From Burkholderiaceae bacterium (GTDB lineage Bacteria; Pseudomonadota; Gammaproteobacteria; Burkholderiales; Burkholderiaceae), in NCBI GenBank assembly GCA_947448305.1, contig CANFME010000001.1, forward strand, positions 2,030 through 66,029: a stretch of DNA of 64,000 nt, in the 5' to 3' direction. The notes under the pieces are model-generated. The model was not told where the DNA came from. It ran no database searches and worked only from the letters and a program-made list of their open reading frames with translations. Of the stretch, positions 47,681 to 59,559 are shown piece by piece. Made by a program: the position numbers and the translations under genes. Position 1 is the first letter of the stretch; each line of letters begins with the position of its first letter.

Positions 47681-49051
47681 TTGCTGATTAAAAAACCTTG
47701 GCTCACTAAGTTGATCCTTTTGATAGGTATTTGGCTGAGCTCGAGTGTTTGGGGTTTGACTCTAGGTAATATTCAGGTTTTATCCAATGGCTCAGAGCCT
47801 TTCAATGCAAAAATTGCTATTTTAGGGAATGAACAAGAGTTGAGACAGTTATCCCAACTCAAAGTGCATTTTCCTGCACTAGAAGTCTACGAACAGTATG
47901 GATTAAAACAGCCCATCGAGATCGACAACTTTTCTTTATCAATAGAAAGGACCTCAAATCAACTGCCGACCGTCATTTTGGTTAAAACGGAAAAAGCTAT
48001 TCCATTAGAAGAGTTATTTAATGAAATACTGATAGAGGTTAGTTGGACTGGGGGGAAACTGATCAGAGTTTATACAATTTTAAACTCTAATAAAACGCCA
48101 GTTATTGTCAATCCAGGCGATAATCTTTCGAGAATTACCCAGTCTCTGATGCCGGAATTACCGCAGGCATCTTTTGAACAAGCTCTAACTGCCATCTTTA
48201 GATTAAATCCCAAAGCTTTTATCGCTGGTAATATTCATAGACTAAAAGTGGGTGCACAATTAGAAATTCCTAGTCAAACCATGGTTGAATCCATTCCGAT
48301 TGATGAAGCAAAAACTTTCAGCTCAAATGCCCAGGAAAATTTCCAACTCAAGTTATGGAATGAGTCCTCCGAAAAAGTAGTGGACTCTGGTTCGTCTAGC
48401 CAGGATAGACTATTGTTGAGTTCATCAGAAACGGTTTCAGATAAAGCATTGCTAGAGACGAAATTAGAAGAAGAGTTAATTGCTCAGAAGAAGTTGATTG
48501 AACAAGCACAAAATAGAATTACTGAAATTAAAAAAAATATTGCAGATTTAAAGAAACAATCGGATAGTGGTTCGATTTGGGATGACATCACTACCTTTTT
48601 TAAAGCTCATAAAGGTTCGTTTTGGGAGTTACTCGCTGTTTTTGGCTTAATCGTTGTTTTTGTTTATGGGAACTTCTTCGGCCATCGTAATTTATCTTTA
48701 ACCGGACAATCCTCTTTAAGGAACACTACCCAAGAAGTGCCTGGTTTCGCTAAAAATATCTTTGAAACCCTGGATTTGAACTTGGATTCACCTTCTTCAT
48801 TATCGAGTTCCAACCTGTTCAACCCCTTAAAAAACGAAGATCACGGTATTGCAATTAATAATGCTAAACCGCATAGAAATATCCCAAGTGTTTCTGATCA
48901 AAAGTTACGTTTGAATTTAGCGAAATCGTACATAAAAATCCATGACTTCCCAACGGCAAAGATATTATTGCAAGAGATTGTTGGTTTGGGCGCTGAGGGT
49001 AGTTCTGATGTTGTGCGGGAAGCAAAAAAATATTTGCTTCAAATTGCTTAA
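47681..49051 (+). CDS. FimV-like protein (LysM-type N-terminal motif, TM segment, FimV C-terminal domain)
   Basis: VIVNPGDNLSRITQ...RLKVGAQLEIP LysM-like segment, central coiled coil, TM FWELLAVFGLIVVFVYGNFF, and C-terminal LNLAKSYIKIHDFPTAKILLQEIV. Conserved asd-fimV-truA position. TTG start. Confidence 0.65.
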   Translation: MLIKKPWLTKLILLIGIWLSSSVWGLTLGNIQVLSNGSEPFNAKIAILGNEQELRQLSQLKVHFPALEVYEQYGLKQPIEIDNFSLSIERTSNQLPTVILVKTEKAIPLEELFNEILIEVSWTGGKLIRVYTILNSNKTPVIVNPGDNLSRITQSLMPELPQASFEQALTAIFRLNPKAFIAGNIHRLKVGAQLEIPSQTMVESIPIDEAKTFSSNAQENFQLKLWNESSEKVVDSGSSSQDRLLLSSSETVSDKALLETKLEEELIAQKKLIEQAQNRITEIKKNIADLKKQSDSGSIWDDITTFFKAHKGSFWELLAVFGLIVVFVYGNFFGHRNLSLTGQSSLRNTTQEVPGFAKNIFETLDLNLDSPSSLSSSNLFNPLKNEDHGIAINNAKPHRNIPSVSDQKLRLNLAKSYIKIHDFPTAKILLQEIVGLGAEGSSDVVREAKKYLLQIA

Positions 49052-49066
49052 ACGGTTGAAGACCGG

Positions 49067-49942
49067 ATGCAAGACCATCTAAATCGTGTCGCCCTAGGTA
49101 TTCAGTATGACGGCTCAGGTTTTTTGGGTTGGCAGAGCCAATTACACAAAAATACGGTTCAGGATGTTTTGCAAGCAGCCATTCGTAAATTCGTCGGGGG
49201 TAAGCTTGATGAAACATTTCGAGTAACAGTTGCTGGTCGCACGGATACTGGTGTGCACGCTTTAGGGCAAGTAGTACACTTTGACACGCCCGTTAACCGC
49301 CCCATGTGGTCCTGGATAAGAGGTATTAATACCTATTTACCATCTACTGTTTGCGTAGAGTGGGCCAAAGAAGTGCCGTTGGATTTTCATGCCAGATTCA
49401 GTGCTTATGAGAGATCTTACACATATCTCTTAATTTCCTCTGCAGTAAAGACGCCTTTATTAAATAAAAAATCAGGTTATGTAATGTTGCCTTTTGGCAA
49501 AAGTTTAGATTTACAAGCGATGCGCAAGGGCGCTCAATATTTAATTGGTGAGCAAGATTTTAGTTGCTTTAGGTCATCGGAGTGTCAGAGTAAAACACCC
49601 ATTAAAACGGTGTATCAGGTAAATATCGTAGAAGAGGATAACAGGATTTATTTTTTTCTCAGGGCGAATGCATTTTTACATCACATGGTCAGAAACATTG
49701 TAGGTAGTTTGATTGAGGTGGGTAAAGGTAGGCAATCTCCGGAGTGGATGGCTTACTTAATTGAGCAACGCAGTCGCACGATCGCAGCGCCAACTTTTTC
49801 TGCAGATGGGCTATATTTAGTGAAAGTACAGTATCCTAAACACTTTGAGATCCCTGAACCAAATTTTGGTTATAGTGTGATTCCGCCGCACTTGTTAGAA
49901 CAAGCATTTTCAAACCGTTTAGTTGATCCAAATCTAGAATAG
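49067..49942 (+). CDS. truA: tRNA pseudouridine(38-40) synthase
   Basis: VAGRTDTGVHALGQVVHFD catalytic Asp motif. Confidence 0.9.
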   Translation: MQDHLNRVALGIQYDGSGFLGWQSQLHKNTVQDVLQAAIRKFVGGKLDETFRVTVAGRTDTGVHALGQVVHFDTPVNRPMWSWIRGINTYLPSTVCVEWAKEVPLDFHARFSAYERSYTYLLISSAVKTPLLNKKSGYVMLPFGKSLDLQAMRKGAQYLIGEQDFSCFRSSECQSKTPIKTVYQVNIVEEDNRIYFFLRANAFLHHMVRNIVGSLIEVGKGRQSPEWMAYLIEQRSRTIAAPTFSADGLYLVKVQYPKHFEIPEPNFGYSVIPPHLLEQAFSNRLVDPNLE

Positions 49943-49953
49943 AGGGCTTATTA

Positions 49954-50622
49954 GTGGGACTACTGCAACGTCAAAATGGTTATACCAATATTAAGATCTG
50001 TGGCTTAAGTAAGCCACAGGATATGATGACTGCCAATACTCTCGCCATTGAGGCAATTGGCTTTGTTTTTTTTCCGCCTAGTCCACGATACGTCACACCT
50101 CAACAAGCATTACAATTGACATCTATACTGAATGATCAGATACAAGTTGTTGCTCTCGTGGTAGATCCGGATGATGAACTAATCGAAGAGATTCGTTCTA
50201 AAGTACGGGTTGATATTTGGCAATTTCATGGTAATGAATCAGCTAAGCGGTGTGCTGAAATTGCTCAATCAACCCCATGGATGAAAGCTGCGAGAATTGA
50301 TCATCAGTTTTCATTGCAAGATTTTTGCCTTGAATATAATGAATGTGCTGCTTGGATTCTTGATGCTGTGGTCGAGGGATACGGTGGCGGTGGACAAACT
50401 TTTAATTGGCAATTAATACCAGAAATATGGATAAAAGAAAACGCGCATCGGGTGGTTTTGAGTGGTGGGTTGAACTCTCACAATGTAGCTGAGGCAATCG
50501 CTCATTTTCAACCATTAGGTGTCGATATTTCTAGTGGTGTAGAAATTAGCCGTGGAAATAAAGAAGCTAATTTAATGCAACAGTTCGTGGATGCAGTTCG
50601 TTTAACAGATCAATTCAATTAA
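49954..50622 (+). CDS. trpF: Phosphoribosylanthranilate isomerase
   Basis: IKICGL N-terminal motif and a position upstream of trpB. GTG start as given by the track. Confidence 0.85.
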   Translation: MGLLQRQNGYTNIKICGLSKPQDMMTANTLAIEAIGFVFFPPSPRYVTPQQALQLTSILNDQIQVVALVVDPDDELIEEIRSKVRVDIWQFHGNESAKRCAEIAQSTPWMKAARIDHQFSLQDFCLEYNECAAWILDAVVEGYGGGGQTFNWQLIPEIWIKENAHRVVLSGGLNSHNVAEAIAHFQPLGVDISSGVEISRGNKEANLMQQFVDAVRLTDQFN

Positions 50623-50638
50623 TTTAAAGGCAGTTAAT

Positions 50639-51832
50639 ATGTATGATTTTCCAGATCAACGTGGTCATTTCGGTCCTTACGGTGGAGTATTTGTCTCCGA
50701 AACCTTAATGTTTGCCTTAGAAGAACTAAAGCAAACTTATGCAAAATATCAATATGACCCTGAGTTTGTTGCAGAGTTTAATAGTGAGCTAAAACATTTT
50801 GTTGGCAGACCAAGTCCTATTTATCATGCAAAAAGATGGAGTGAGGAAATTGGTGGTGCGCAAATCTATTTCAAAAGAGAAGATTTAAATCACACCGGTG
50901 CTCATAAAATCAACAATGTAATTGGTCAAGCCTTACTTGCCAAGCGGATGGGTAAGCCGAGAATCATCGCTGAAACTGGCGCAGGCCAACATGGGGTTGC
51001 AACAGCTACTATATGCGCTCGCTTTGGGCTGGAATGCGTTATTTACATGGGTAGTGTTGATGTTGAGCGTCAAGCACAAAATATTTATAGAATGCGCTTA
51101 TTAGGCGCCACAGTAGTCCCAGTCGAATCTGGTTCTAAAACATTAAAAGATGCTTTAAATGAAGCAATGCGTGACTGGGTAACAAATGTGGAAAATACTT
51201 TTTACATTATTGGTACAGTCGCTGGACCTCATCCTTATCCAACAATGGTTAGAGATTTTCAAAGCGTCATTGGTACGGAGTGTATTACGCAAATGCCAGA
51301 GATGACAGGAAGACAACCTGACTACGTTTTAGCTTGTGTCGGTGGTGGATCGAATGCAATGGGTATTTTTTATCCTTATATAAACTACCCTGACGTTAAA
51401 TTAATTGGTGTTGAAGCAGCCGGTGACGGTATTGCTACAGGTCGCCATGCTGCCGCCTTATGTGCTGGTACCCCTGGCGTCTTACACGGTAACCGTACCT
51501 ACTTAATTCAAGATCAAAATGGGCAAATTATGGAAACGCATTCTGTTTCTGCGGGTCTTGATTATCCCGGAGTTGGTCCTGAGCATGCATGGTTAAAAGA
51601 CATTAATCGCGCTCAATACACTGCAGTTACTGACGATGATGCCCTCGATGCATTTCATCAATGTTGTCGCATTGAAGGTATTATCCCTGCCTTAGAAACA
51701 AGTCATGCGATTGCTTATGCTTGTCAATTAGCAAAAACATTACCTAAAGATCAAACAATCTTGGTCAATCTTTCAGGACGTGGCGATAAAGACATGCATA
51801 CTGTCGCTCAACATACTAAAGTAAAACTGTAA
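50639..51832 (+). CDS. trpB: Tryptophan synthase beta chain
   Basis: [11 protein letters not shown] (PLP lysine) and GGGSNAMG. Confidence 0.97.
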   Translation: MYDFPDQRGHFGPYGGVFVSETLMFALEELKQTYAKYQYDPEFVAEFNSELKHFVGRPSPIYHAKRWSEEIGGAQIYFKREDLNHTGAHKINNVIGQALLAKRMGKPRIIAETGAGQHGVATATICARFGLECVIYMGSVDVERQAQNIYRMRLLGATVVPVESGSKTLKDALNEAMRDWVTNVENTFYIIGTVAGPHPYPTMVRDFQSVIGTECITQMPEMTGRQPDYVLACVGGGSNAMGIFYPYINYPDVKLIGVEAAGDGIATGRHAAALCAGTPGVLHGNRTYLIQDQNGQIMETHSVSAGLDYPGVGPEHAWLKDINRAQYTAVTDDDALDAFHQCCRIEGIIPALETSHAIAYACQLAKTLPKDQTILVNLSGRGDKDMHTVAQHTKVKL

Positions 51833-51858
51833 TTATCAGAAAACGGAAATTGAAGTCC

Positions 51859-52656
51859 ATGTCGAGAATAAAACAAGTATTTGCAGATTTAGCAAAAAAT
51901 AAAAAAAAGGGATTAATCCCATTTATAACTGCGGGCGATCCTGGTCCTGAGCTTACCGTTGAAATGATGCATGTTCTAGTTGAATCTGGGGCAGACGTGA
52001 TTGAGCTTGGAGTCCCATTTTCAGATCCAATGGCAGACGGTCCAGTTATTCAGAGAGCCTCAGAACGAGCCTTAGTAAAAGGTGTCAATCTCGAAAAATG
52101 TATCGGTATGGTAAAAGAGTTTCGTTTAAAAAACCAACTTACACCAGTTGTTTTAATGGGCTACGCTAATCCTATTGAACGTATGGGATGGGCTCATTTT
52201 GCAGATTTAGCTTCTCAGGCAGGTGTGGATGGGGTTTTAATTGTCGATTACCCACCTGAAGAGTGTGTTGAATTTACAGATGAACTTAAAAAAGTAGGTA
52301 TTGATCCGATATTTTTGTTAGCTCCAACTTCATCAATGAGTCGTATTGAACAAGTTGCAGAAGCTGCACAAGGTTATATTTATTACGTCTCTTTAAAAGG
52401 TGTTACAGGAGCAGCTAATTTAAATACAACAAGTATTACTTCCATTATTGGTGATATTCGTGCTAAGACAAGTACACCGGTTGCAGTAGGTTTTGGGATT
52501 AGGGATGCAATCACCGCAAAGGCTGTAAGTCAAACGGCTGATGCAGTGGTAATAGGCAGTGCAATTGTGCAATTATTAGAGTCAGCTCCACCTGAAACAG
52601 GGTTAAAATTACTCAAACAATTTCTAACAGAAATTCGTGCTGCGCTTGACGCATAA
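51859..52656 (+). CDS. trpA: Tryptophan synthase alpha chain
   Basis: [18 protein letters not shown] motif. The track start at 51850 is TTG; the first ATG is at 51859. Confidence 0.95.
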   Translation: MSRIKQVFADLAKNKKKGLIPFITAGDPGPELTVEMMHVLVESGADVIELGVPFSDPMADGPVIQRASERALVKGVNLEKCIGMVKEFRLKNQLTPVVLMGYANPIERMGWAHFADLASQAGVDGVLIVDYPPEECVEFTDELKKVGIDPIFLLAPTSSMSRIEQVAEAAQGYIYYVSLKGVTGAANLNTTSITSIIGDIRAKTSTPVAVGFGIRDAITAKAVSQTADAVVIGSAIVQLLESAPPETGLKLLKQFLTEIRAALDA

Positions 52657-52676
52657 CTTTATTTTAGGATGATGAA

Positions 52677-53549
52677 ATGAGTTGGATCGATAAATTACTT
52701 CCACCGCAAATCCAACCAAGCAATCCTGCTAATCGGAAATCCGTGCCGGAGGGATTATGGGTTAAATGCCCATCCTGTGAGGCCGTTTTATACCGAACTG
52801 ATCTAGAGTCTAATCTGTCCGTTTGTCCAAAATGTAGTCATCACATGCGAATTAAAGCACGTGCTAGATTAGATTTTTTACTAGACCCTGAAGGTCGTTA
52901 TGAAATTGGTCAAGAAATTTTACCCGTAGACTCCTTAAAGTTTAAAGATACAAAAAAATATCCAGATCGCCTCAAAGATGCAATGGAATCCAGTGGTGAA
53001 ACGGACGCAATGGTTGTATTTGGTGGCACCATGCACGGCTTACCAGTAGTAATTGCCTGTTTCGAGTTTGAGTTTATGGGTGGTTCAATGGGCTCTGTAG
53101 TCGGTGAGCGTTTTGCTCGTGGTGTGCAAATGGCGATCGAACAGAAGGTGCCATTTATCTGTATTTCCTCAACTGGGGGTGCCAGAATGCAGGAAAGCCT
53201 TTTATCTTTAATGCAAATGGCTAAAACAAACTCAATGTTGACTTTATTATCAAAAGCAAAGCTACCTTACATTAGCGTTTTAACCGATCCGACGATGGGT
53301 GGTATTTCTGCTAGTTTTGCTTTCATGGGGGACGTTGTTATGGCGGAACCTCGCGCATTAATTGGCTTTGCTGGCCCTCGGGTGATTGAACAAACTGTCC
53401 GAGAAAAATTGCCAGAAGGATTTCAAAGGGCTGAATTTTTGTTACAAAAAGGTGGGATTGATATGATTGTTGACAGAAGAGAAATGCGGACGGAAATTGT
53501 TCAGCTTTTGGCACTTTTGCTTAAACAACCACAAGAATTGATCGCATAA
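52677..53549 (+). CDS. accD: Acetyl-CoA carboxylase carboxyltransferase beta subunit
   Basis: Zinc finger CPSC...CPKC and GGARMQE motif. Confidence 0.95.
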   Translation: MSWIDKLLPPQIQPSNPANRKSVPEGLWVKCPSCEAVLYRTDLESNLSVCPKCSHHMRIKARARLDFLLDPEGRYEIGQEILPVDSLKFKDTKKYPDRLKDAMESSGETDAMVVFGGTMHGLPVVIACFEFEFMGGSMGSVVGERFARGVQMAIEQKVPFICISSTGGARMQESLLSLMQMAKTNSMLTLLSKAKLPYISVLTDPTMGGISASFAFMGDVVMAEPRALIGFAGPRVIEQTVREKLPEGFQRAEFLLQKGGIDMIVDRREMRTEIVQLLALLLKQPQELIA

Positions 53550-53586
53550 AGCATAGTTTGAAATTCAAGCTGTCATTAAACCTTTT

Positions 53587-54900
53587 ATGAATGCTGTTAC
53601 CCCAATGTGTTTTGACGATTTAGATACATGGCTTGCTCATTTAGAGTCTGCCCATCCTGTTGGTATTGATATGGGACTATCCCGTATTAATCAAGTAAAA
53701 GAAAAATTAGAGCTTAAATTTAAAGTGCCGGTCATTATCGTTGGAGGTACTAATGGAAAAGGCTCAACTTGCGCTTTCCTAGAGTCAATTTATGCGAATG
53801 CCGGCTATAAGGTTGCTTGTCATACGTCTCCTCATTTATCTGTTTTTAATGAGCGTGCAAGAATAAATCTAGAAAACCTTAGCTCTGAGACTTTACTTGA
53901 GTATTTTCGGCTTGTAGAACAGGCTAGGTCAAGTATTTCTCCTGAGTTAACTCTTACTTATTTTGAATTTACTACATTAGCCATAATGTTGTGTTTTTCG
54001 GTGGCTACAGTTGATGTTGTAATTTTAGAGGTTGGCCTTGGTGGCCGCTTAGATGCGGTAAATATCATTGATGCTGACTGTTCGATTGTGACAAGTATTG
54101 ATATTGACCATCAACATTTCCTTGGTGATACGCGTGAAAAGATTGGCTTTGAAAAAGCCGGAATTTATAGAGCTGGCAAGCCAGCAATTTGTGCTGACCC
54201 GATGCCACCTAAAAGTCTTGTTGATTATGCGAAAAGTATTGGAGCAGATTTCTGGCAACCAGGAATTGACTTTAATTTTCAAGGTGATCAACAACAATGG
54301 GCATGGAATGGTCGAGGTAAGAGATTTTCAGGGCTTGGATATCCAGCATTAAGAGGTGCTAATCAACTTTTAAATGCCTCTGGTGTTCTAGCAGCCTTAT
54401 GTGCGTTAAGAGATAAATTACCTGTCAGTGTCCAGGCCATTCGTAATGGTTTTGCAATGGTTGAGCTTCCTGGTAGATTTCAGATCATTCCCGGTCAGCC
54501 AACAATTGTCTTAGATGTTGCTCACAATCCGCATGCGAGTGCAACGCTTTCGAAGAGTTTGGATAAGATGGGGTATTTCCCCTATACCTATGCAATCTTT
54601 GGGGTGATGCAAGACAAAGATATTAATGCGGTGATTAAACCCATGCTAGAAATAGTGGATTTTTGGTATTGTGTTGACTTACCGACCCCTCGAGCTGCTT
54701 CGGCAGAGCACTTAGCGCACCGTTTGAGGGAGCTTGGTGTAAAAGATAGTGATATTTCAGGGGTCGAAGTTTTTAACTCACCAGCAACAGCGTACGAAAA
54801 AAGCCTTAACAAGGTCAGTCAAAATGATAGAATTGTAGTGTTCGGATCTTTCTTCACTGTATCAGGTGTACTAGATTACCGAAAGAATAAAAAACATTAA
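53587..54900 (+). CDS. folC: Bifunctional folylpolyglutamate synthase / dihydrofolate synthase
   Basis: P-loop VGGTNGKGST; 437 aa; conserved accD-folC linkage. Confidence 0.9.
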   Translation: MNAVTPMCFDDLDTWLAHLESAHPVGIDMGLSRINQVKEKLELKFKVPVIIVGGTNGKGSTCAFLESIYANAGYKVACHTSPHLSVFNERARINLENLSSETLLEYFRLVEQARSSISPELTLTYFEFTTLAIMLCFSVATVDVVILEVGLGGRLDAVNIIDADCSIVTSIDIDHQHFLGDTREKIGFEKAGIYRAGKPAICADPMPPKSLVDYAKSIGADFWQPGIDFNFQGDQQQWAWNGRGKRFSGLGYPALRGANQLLNASGVLAALCALRDKLPVSVQAIRNGFAMVELPGRFQIIPGQPTIVLDVAHNPHASATLSKSLDKMGYFPYTYAIFGVMQDKDINAVIKPMLEIVDFWYCVDLPTPRAASAEHLAHRLRELGVKDSDISGVEVFNSPATAYEKSLNKVSQNDRIVVFGSFFTVSGVLDYRKNKKH

Positions 54901-55006
54901 TTTACTAATAAGCTTTCAAATTAAGCTCTCAAAATAGGTATTGGAAAATTTTGTTAATCAATAAAAAAATTTGTGTTTGCTATAGTAAATACGATTACTT
55001 AACTGC

Positions 55007-55843
55007 ATGATTTCACTGCCATCTTTTTTCAAAAAGAAGCCCCCTGAGCCAGCACAGGTCAAAATTGAGCCTGGTTTTCGGGCACGTCAATCCAAAGTGG
55101 AATTAGAAAAAGAAGATATTTTGACGGAAAATCCAGAAGTCCAAAAAGCAAGACATCGCTTGATTGGTGCTGGTTTTTTATTGTTAATTGCAGTCATTGG
55201 CTTGCCTAAGCTATTTGATGCTCAACCTAAAAAGATTAACAATGATGTTGTTGTAAAAGTGGTTCAGTCTGTTACAAGTAGCCCTAATAGCTCAGGTACT
55301 TCATTGGAAGAAGACAAGCTTGTTTCTAAAGTTGCCAATGACTCTAATTTGCAAACTAACTCAGAGAAGCAGTCTTCACTTGAACCTACCAATGAAAAAG
55401 TTTTATCTCTAAAAAAATCGGGTGAAGATAAACCGGAGATAAACTCTGCTGTTCCTACTCAAGAAAAATCGAAATCAAGTAATGAAAATATTGCATCTTT
55501 ACAATCTACTCCTAAAAAAGATAGTATTCAAACTGATCCAGGTGAAGTGATTGTCAATTCACAAAGTCCCGCCTCTAAGGTAGATAGCAAAAGTGGTAAG
55601 TTTGTTTTACAAGTCACCTCATTAGCAAGTAAAGACGGTGTAAAAAATGTGATGGCAAAGATTAAAGAGTTGAAAATTGCCACTTATGTAGTTGAGAAGA
55701 AAAGAGAGGCGCCTGATTCCGTCGTAATCTATTTTGTTCGAGCTGGTCCTTTTGCTTCAAAAGAAGAAGCGCTTAGCGCTCAGAAAAAAATTAGTTCTCT
55801 AGGCATGGGGCTTTCCCCCATAATTTATGAAATCAATAAATAA
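55007..55843 (+). CDS. SPOR domain-containing protein (DedD-like)
   Basis: N-terminal TM LIGAGFLLLIAVIGL, a low-complexity S/K/E linker, and a C-terminal SPOR domain (FVLQVTSLASKDGV...VRAGPFASKEEAL). Confidence 0.75.
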   Translation: MISLPSFFKKKPPEPAQVKIEPGFRARQSKVELEKEDILTENPEVQKARHRLIGAGFLLLIAVIGLPKLFDAQPKKINNDVVVKVVQSVTSSPNSSGTSLEEDKLVSKVANDSNLQTNSEKQSSLEPTNEKVLSLKKSGEDKPEINSAVPTQEKSKSSNENIASLQSTPKKDSIQTDPGEVIVNSQSPASKVDSKSGKFVLQVTSLASKDGVKNVMAKIKELKIATYVVEKKREAPDSVVIYFVRAGPFASKEEALSAQKKISSLGMGLSPIIYEINK

Positions 55844-55848
55844 ATCCC

Positions 55849-56379
55849 ATGAGTAATATTGCCTTCACAACCATTGATTTTTTTGTTATTGGAATTGTGC
55901 TTTTATCAATTCTAGTTGGCTTGGTTCGTGGCCTTATTCAAGAGGCACTCTCTTTAGTTTTCTACGTTATTGCAATTTATGCTGCAGGAACTTATTATCA
56001 AAAAGCGATTGATCTATTACTCAATTCCTTAGCAGTGAGCCATATGATTAAGGTTATTTTGGCATATCTTTTGGTGTTTTTAGGCGCCTTGATTTTAGGG
56101 AAAATACTTACTGGCTTCATCGGAAGATTAATATCTTCGGTTGGGCTATCGTTATTTGATCGTTTGTTGGGAGGTATTTTTGGTGCATTTAGAGGTGTTT
56201 TAATCGTTGTTGTAATTTCAACTTTAGTTGCCTTAACTGAGCTTCCAAAAACAATTGAATGGCAAGATGCTATTACGAGACCAGCAATTGAAACGCTCGT
56301 TGGAATTCTTCATAGTTGGCTTCCCGAAGATTGGGCGAATCAATTATTAAATTCTACTGATATTAGAAAATCCAAATAA
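55849..56379 (+). CDS. cvpA: CvpA family membrane protein (colicin V production protein)
   Basis: Four TM segments, 176 aa, conserved position upstream of purF. Confidence 0.85.
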   Translation: MSNIAFTTIDFFVIGIVLLSILVGLVRGLIQEALSLVFYVIAIYAAGTYYQKAIDLLLNSLAVSHMIKVILAYLLVFLGALILGKILTGFIGRLISSVGLSLFDRLLGGIFGAFRGVLIVVVISTLVALTELPKTIEWQDAITRPAIETLVGILHSWLPEDWANQLLNSTDIRKSK

Positions 56380-56394
56380 ACCTGAAAGTAAATT

Positions 56395-57936
56395 ATGTGT
56401 GGAATTGTCGGTTTTGTTGCAAATGAACCAGTTAACCAATTAATCTATGATGCTTTATTACTATTACAGCATCGTGGGCAAGATGCAGCTGGAATAGCGA
56501 CAACTAATGGTCGATCTTTTTATATGCATAAAGCAAACGGTTTAGTAAGGGACGTTTTTCGCACTCGAAACATGCGTAGTCTGATCGGTAAAGCCGGCAT
56601 AGGCCAAGTTCGTTACCCTACAGCAGGTTCAGCTAGTAGTGAAGAAGAGGCCCAGCCTTTTTATGTCAATGCGCCTTTTGGAATCGTGTTAGCTCATAAC
56701 GGAAATTTAACTAATGCTGCGATCCTTCGCGATGAGATGTTTTATCGGGATCGCAGGCATATCAATACAAGCTCAGACACAGAGGTACTTTTAAATGTTT
56801 TAGCAGATGAACTTCAGCACTCAACAGAGGGTATAGCACTAGATGCAAACTCTGCATTCACGGCCCTCGAAAAAGTTTATAGTCGTCTTGAGGGGTCTTT
56901 TGCTGTAGTTAGTATGATTGCTGGTTATGGTTTACTAGCATTTCGTGATGCAAATGGCATACGTCCCTTATGTATTGGAAGAATGGATATTGGCCAAGGA
57001 AAAACCCAATGGATGGTTAGCTCTGAGTCTGTTGCAATTGAAGGTATTGGGTATGAGTTCGTCAGAGACGTTGCGCCTGGTGAAGCCATTTTTGTTGACT
57101 TAGACGGTAATTTTGCTAGTCGTCAAATAGTGGCTGATGCTGAATTAAATCCTTGTATTTTTGAGTATGTTTATTTGGCAAGACCCGATTCTTGTATTGA
57201 TGGAGTTTCTGTATTTGATGTGCGTATGAAGATGGGTGATTATCTTGCAAAAAAAATCAGCCGTGAAACAGATGTGAGTGACATCGATGTGGTAATGCCA
57301 ATTCCTGATTCAAGTCGTCCTGCAGCGATGCAAGTTGCTAAACATTTAGGGATCGAATATCGAGAGGGGTTTTTTAAAAATCGTTATATCGGTAGAACTT
57401 TTATTATGCCCGGTCAAGCTGTTCGTAAGAAGTCTGTGCGTCAAAAGCTAAATGCTATGCGTGTTGAGTTTCATAACAAATCTGTTTTAATTGTGGATGA
57501 CTCCATTGTGCGTGGCACGACTTCTTATGAAATTGTGCAAATGGCAAGAATGGCCGGTGCAAGAAAAGTTATTTTTGCCTCAGCAGCGCCACCTGTTCGT
57601 TTTCCAAATGTCTATGGTATCGATATGCCGACACGCAGTGAGTTAGTGGCTTATGGTCGCACTACAGAGGAAATCAATGACATGATTGGTTCTGATCAAT
57701 TAATTTATCAAGATGTTGAAGATTTAAAACAAGCCATCAGAGATATAAACCCTATCATGACTAATTTTGATGCTTCCTGTTTTGATGGCGTTTATGTTAC
57801 GGGTAACATTGGCCCGTCTTACTTGGACGCCCTTGAGGCTTCTAGAATCAATCCAGAATCTATGGCTGATCGAGCCAGTGATAGTTCTGATTTTTCTAGA
57901 TCACAATTGCATCTTCAACTAACCCAACAAGATTAA
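56395..57936 (+). CDS. purF: Amidophosphoribosyltransferase
   Basis: MCGIVG N-terminal nucleophile and the PRPP motif VDDSIVRGTT. Confidence 0.97.
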   Translation: MCGIVGFVANEPVNQLIYDALLLLQHRGQDAAGIATTNGRSFYMHKANGLVRDVFRTRNMRSLIGKAGIGQVRYPTAGSASSEEEAQPFYVNAPFGIVLAHNGNLTNAAILRDEMFYRDRRHINTSSDTEVLLNVLADELQHSTEGIALDANSAFTALEKVYSRLEGSFAVVSMIAGYGLLAFRDANGIRPLCIGRMDIGQGKTQWMVSSESVAIEGIGYEFVRDVAPGEAIFVDLDGNFASRQIVADAELNPCIFEYVYLARPDSCIDGVSVFDVRMKMGDYLAKKISRETDVSDIDVVMPIPDSSRPAAMQVAKHLGIEYREGFFKNRYIGRTFIMPGQAVRKKSVRQKLNAMRVEFHNKSVLIVDDSIVRGTTSYEIVQMARMAGARKVIFASAAPPVRFPNVYGIDMPTRSELVAYGRTTEEINDMIGSDQLIYQDVEDLKQAIRDINPIMTNFDASCFDGVYVTGNIGPSYLDALEASRINPESMADRASDSSDFSRSQLHLQLTQQD

Positions 57937-57948
57937 TTAAAGTGTTCC

Positions 57949-59145
57949 ATGACGACTGATTCCTTTTCCTCTAAGCCTCTTCATCCTGAAACATTAGCTG
58001 TTCGTTCAGGTACATTAAGATCTAATTTTAATGAGCATTCAGAGGCAATATTTCTCACGTCTAGTTTTGTCTATGCAAACTCAGCTGAAGCTGCAGAAAA
58101 ATTTGCTAACGCTGAGACCGGGTTTATTTATTCGAGATTTACTAATCCTACGGTGTCGATGTTTCAAGACCGCTTAGCCGCCTTGGAAGAAGCTGAAGCC
58201 TGTATTGCAACATCCTCCGGGATGTCGGCTATTTTTGCCATTACTGCTGCACATCTTAAGACGGGTGATCATATTGTTTGCTCTAGGGCTGTCTTTGGGT
58301 CAACTATCCAGCAATTTAGTAATATTTTCTCCCGTTTTGGTATTGAAACAAGTTATGTAGATTTAGTTGATTTACAGGCATTTGAAAATGCAATGCGCCC
58401 AAATACAAGGATGGTATTTATTGAAAGTCCTTCAAATCCATTGACTGAAATTGCAGATATTTTAGGTATTTCTAAGATTGCGAAAAAGCATGATGCATTA
58501 TTTGTAGTAGATAACTGTTTTTGTTCACCTGTGTTACAAAAACCTTTAAAACTCGGAGCAGATGTTGTAACCCATTCAGCAACTAAGTTTTTAGATGGAC
58601 AGGGGCGTGTTCTTGGAGGGGCAATTTTAGGATCAAAAGAATTTATTTCTAAAGTATTTACCCTCAATCGTAGTGCTGGATTTACCATGTCAGCCTTTAA
58701 TGCATGGGTTTTACTAAAAGGCCTTGAAACTCTTAGTTTACGTGTTGAGAAGCAAAGTCAAAATGCTTTGGAGCTTGCTAAATGGCTAGAAAATCAACCT
58801 GCTGTTGAACGTGTTTTACATCCGGGTCTAGAGTCACATCCACAACATGCATTAGCCATGAAGCAGCAAAAGATGGGCGGGTCAGTGATTTCATTTATCG
58901 TCAAAGGTGGAAGACAAAACGCTTGGACCGTCATTGATCAAACGAAAATTTGTTCTATCACAGCAAATTTAGGTGATACGAGAACAACAATTACCCATCC
59001 TGCTACGACTACGCATGGTCGGATGCCTCCAGCAGATCGTGAAAAGGCGGGGATTGTGGAAGGTTTAGTTCGCTTGTCCGTAGGTCTTGAACATGTTGAT
59101 GATTTAATCAACGACTTGGCTCAAGGTCTATCTCAGATCCAGTAA
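57949..59145 (+). CDS. metZ: O-succinylhomoserine sulfhydrylase (Cys/Met metabolism PLP enzyme)
   Basis: PLP lysine motif HSATKFLDGQG; 398 aa; conserved purF-metZ linkage in Burkholderiales. Confidence 0.85.
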   Translation: MTTDSFSSKPLHPETLAVRSGTLRSNFNEHSEAIFLTSSFVYANSAEAAEKFANAETGFIYSRFTNPTVSMFQDRLAALEEAEACIATSSGMSAIFAITAAHLKTGDHIVCSRAVFGSTIQQFSNIFSRFGIETSYVDLVDLQAFENAMRPNTRMVFIESPSNPLTEIADILGISKIAKKHDALFVVDNCFCSPVLQKPLKLGADVVTHSATKFLDGQGRVLGGAILGSKEFISKVFTLNRSAGFTMSAFNAWVLLKGLETLSLRVEKQSQNALELAKWLENQPAVERVLHPGLESHPQHALAMKQQKMGGSVISFIVKGGRQNAWTVIDQTKICSITANLGDTRTTITHPATTTHGRMPPADREKAGIVEGLVRLSVGLEHVDDLINDLAQGLSQIQ

Positions 59146-59201
59146 TTATTTGACGGTATTAATTCAATAACTTAAAACCTACTTTATATAAAGGAAATCA
59201 C

Positions 59202-59546
59202 ATGTCAGTATCAATCATTTCACACAATAGTCAATTTGGAACGGCTGGTCAGATTTTTGCTGAAGACATTCCAGAAATTGCTGCTGCAGGCTATAAGACT
59301 GTGATCGATAATAGACCCGATTTTGAAGGTGGACTAGACCAACCCTTGCATACAGATATTGAACAAGCCGTTAAATCTGCTGGGCTATCTTTTGCGTACC
59401 TACCAGTCATCAGCGGTCAAATTACTCAAGCTCAGGTTCAACAGATGTCAGAATTTTTGGATACTCTACCAAAACCTATTCTGGCTTTTTGTAGAAGCGG
59501 CGCGAGATCAACCAATCTTTACCAATTAGCCTTGCAGCTTGGTTAA
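59202..59546 (+). CDS. DUF442 / TIGR01244-family protein (phosphatase-fold, sulfur-transferase-like)
   Basis: 114 aa with the CRSGARS active-site loop. Confidence 0.7.
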   Translation: MSVSIISHNSQFGTAGQIFAEDIPEIAAAGYKTVIDNRPDFEGGLDQPLHTDIEQAVKSAGLSFAYLPVISGQITQAQVQQMSEFLDTLPKPILAFCRSGARSTNLYQLALQLG

Positions 59547-59559
59547 AGGATCAGAATCA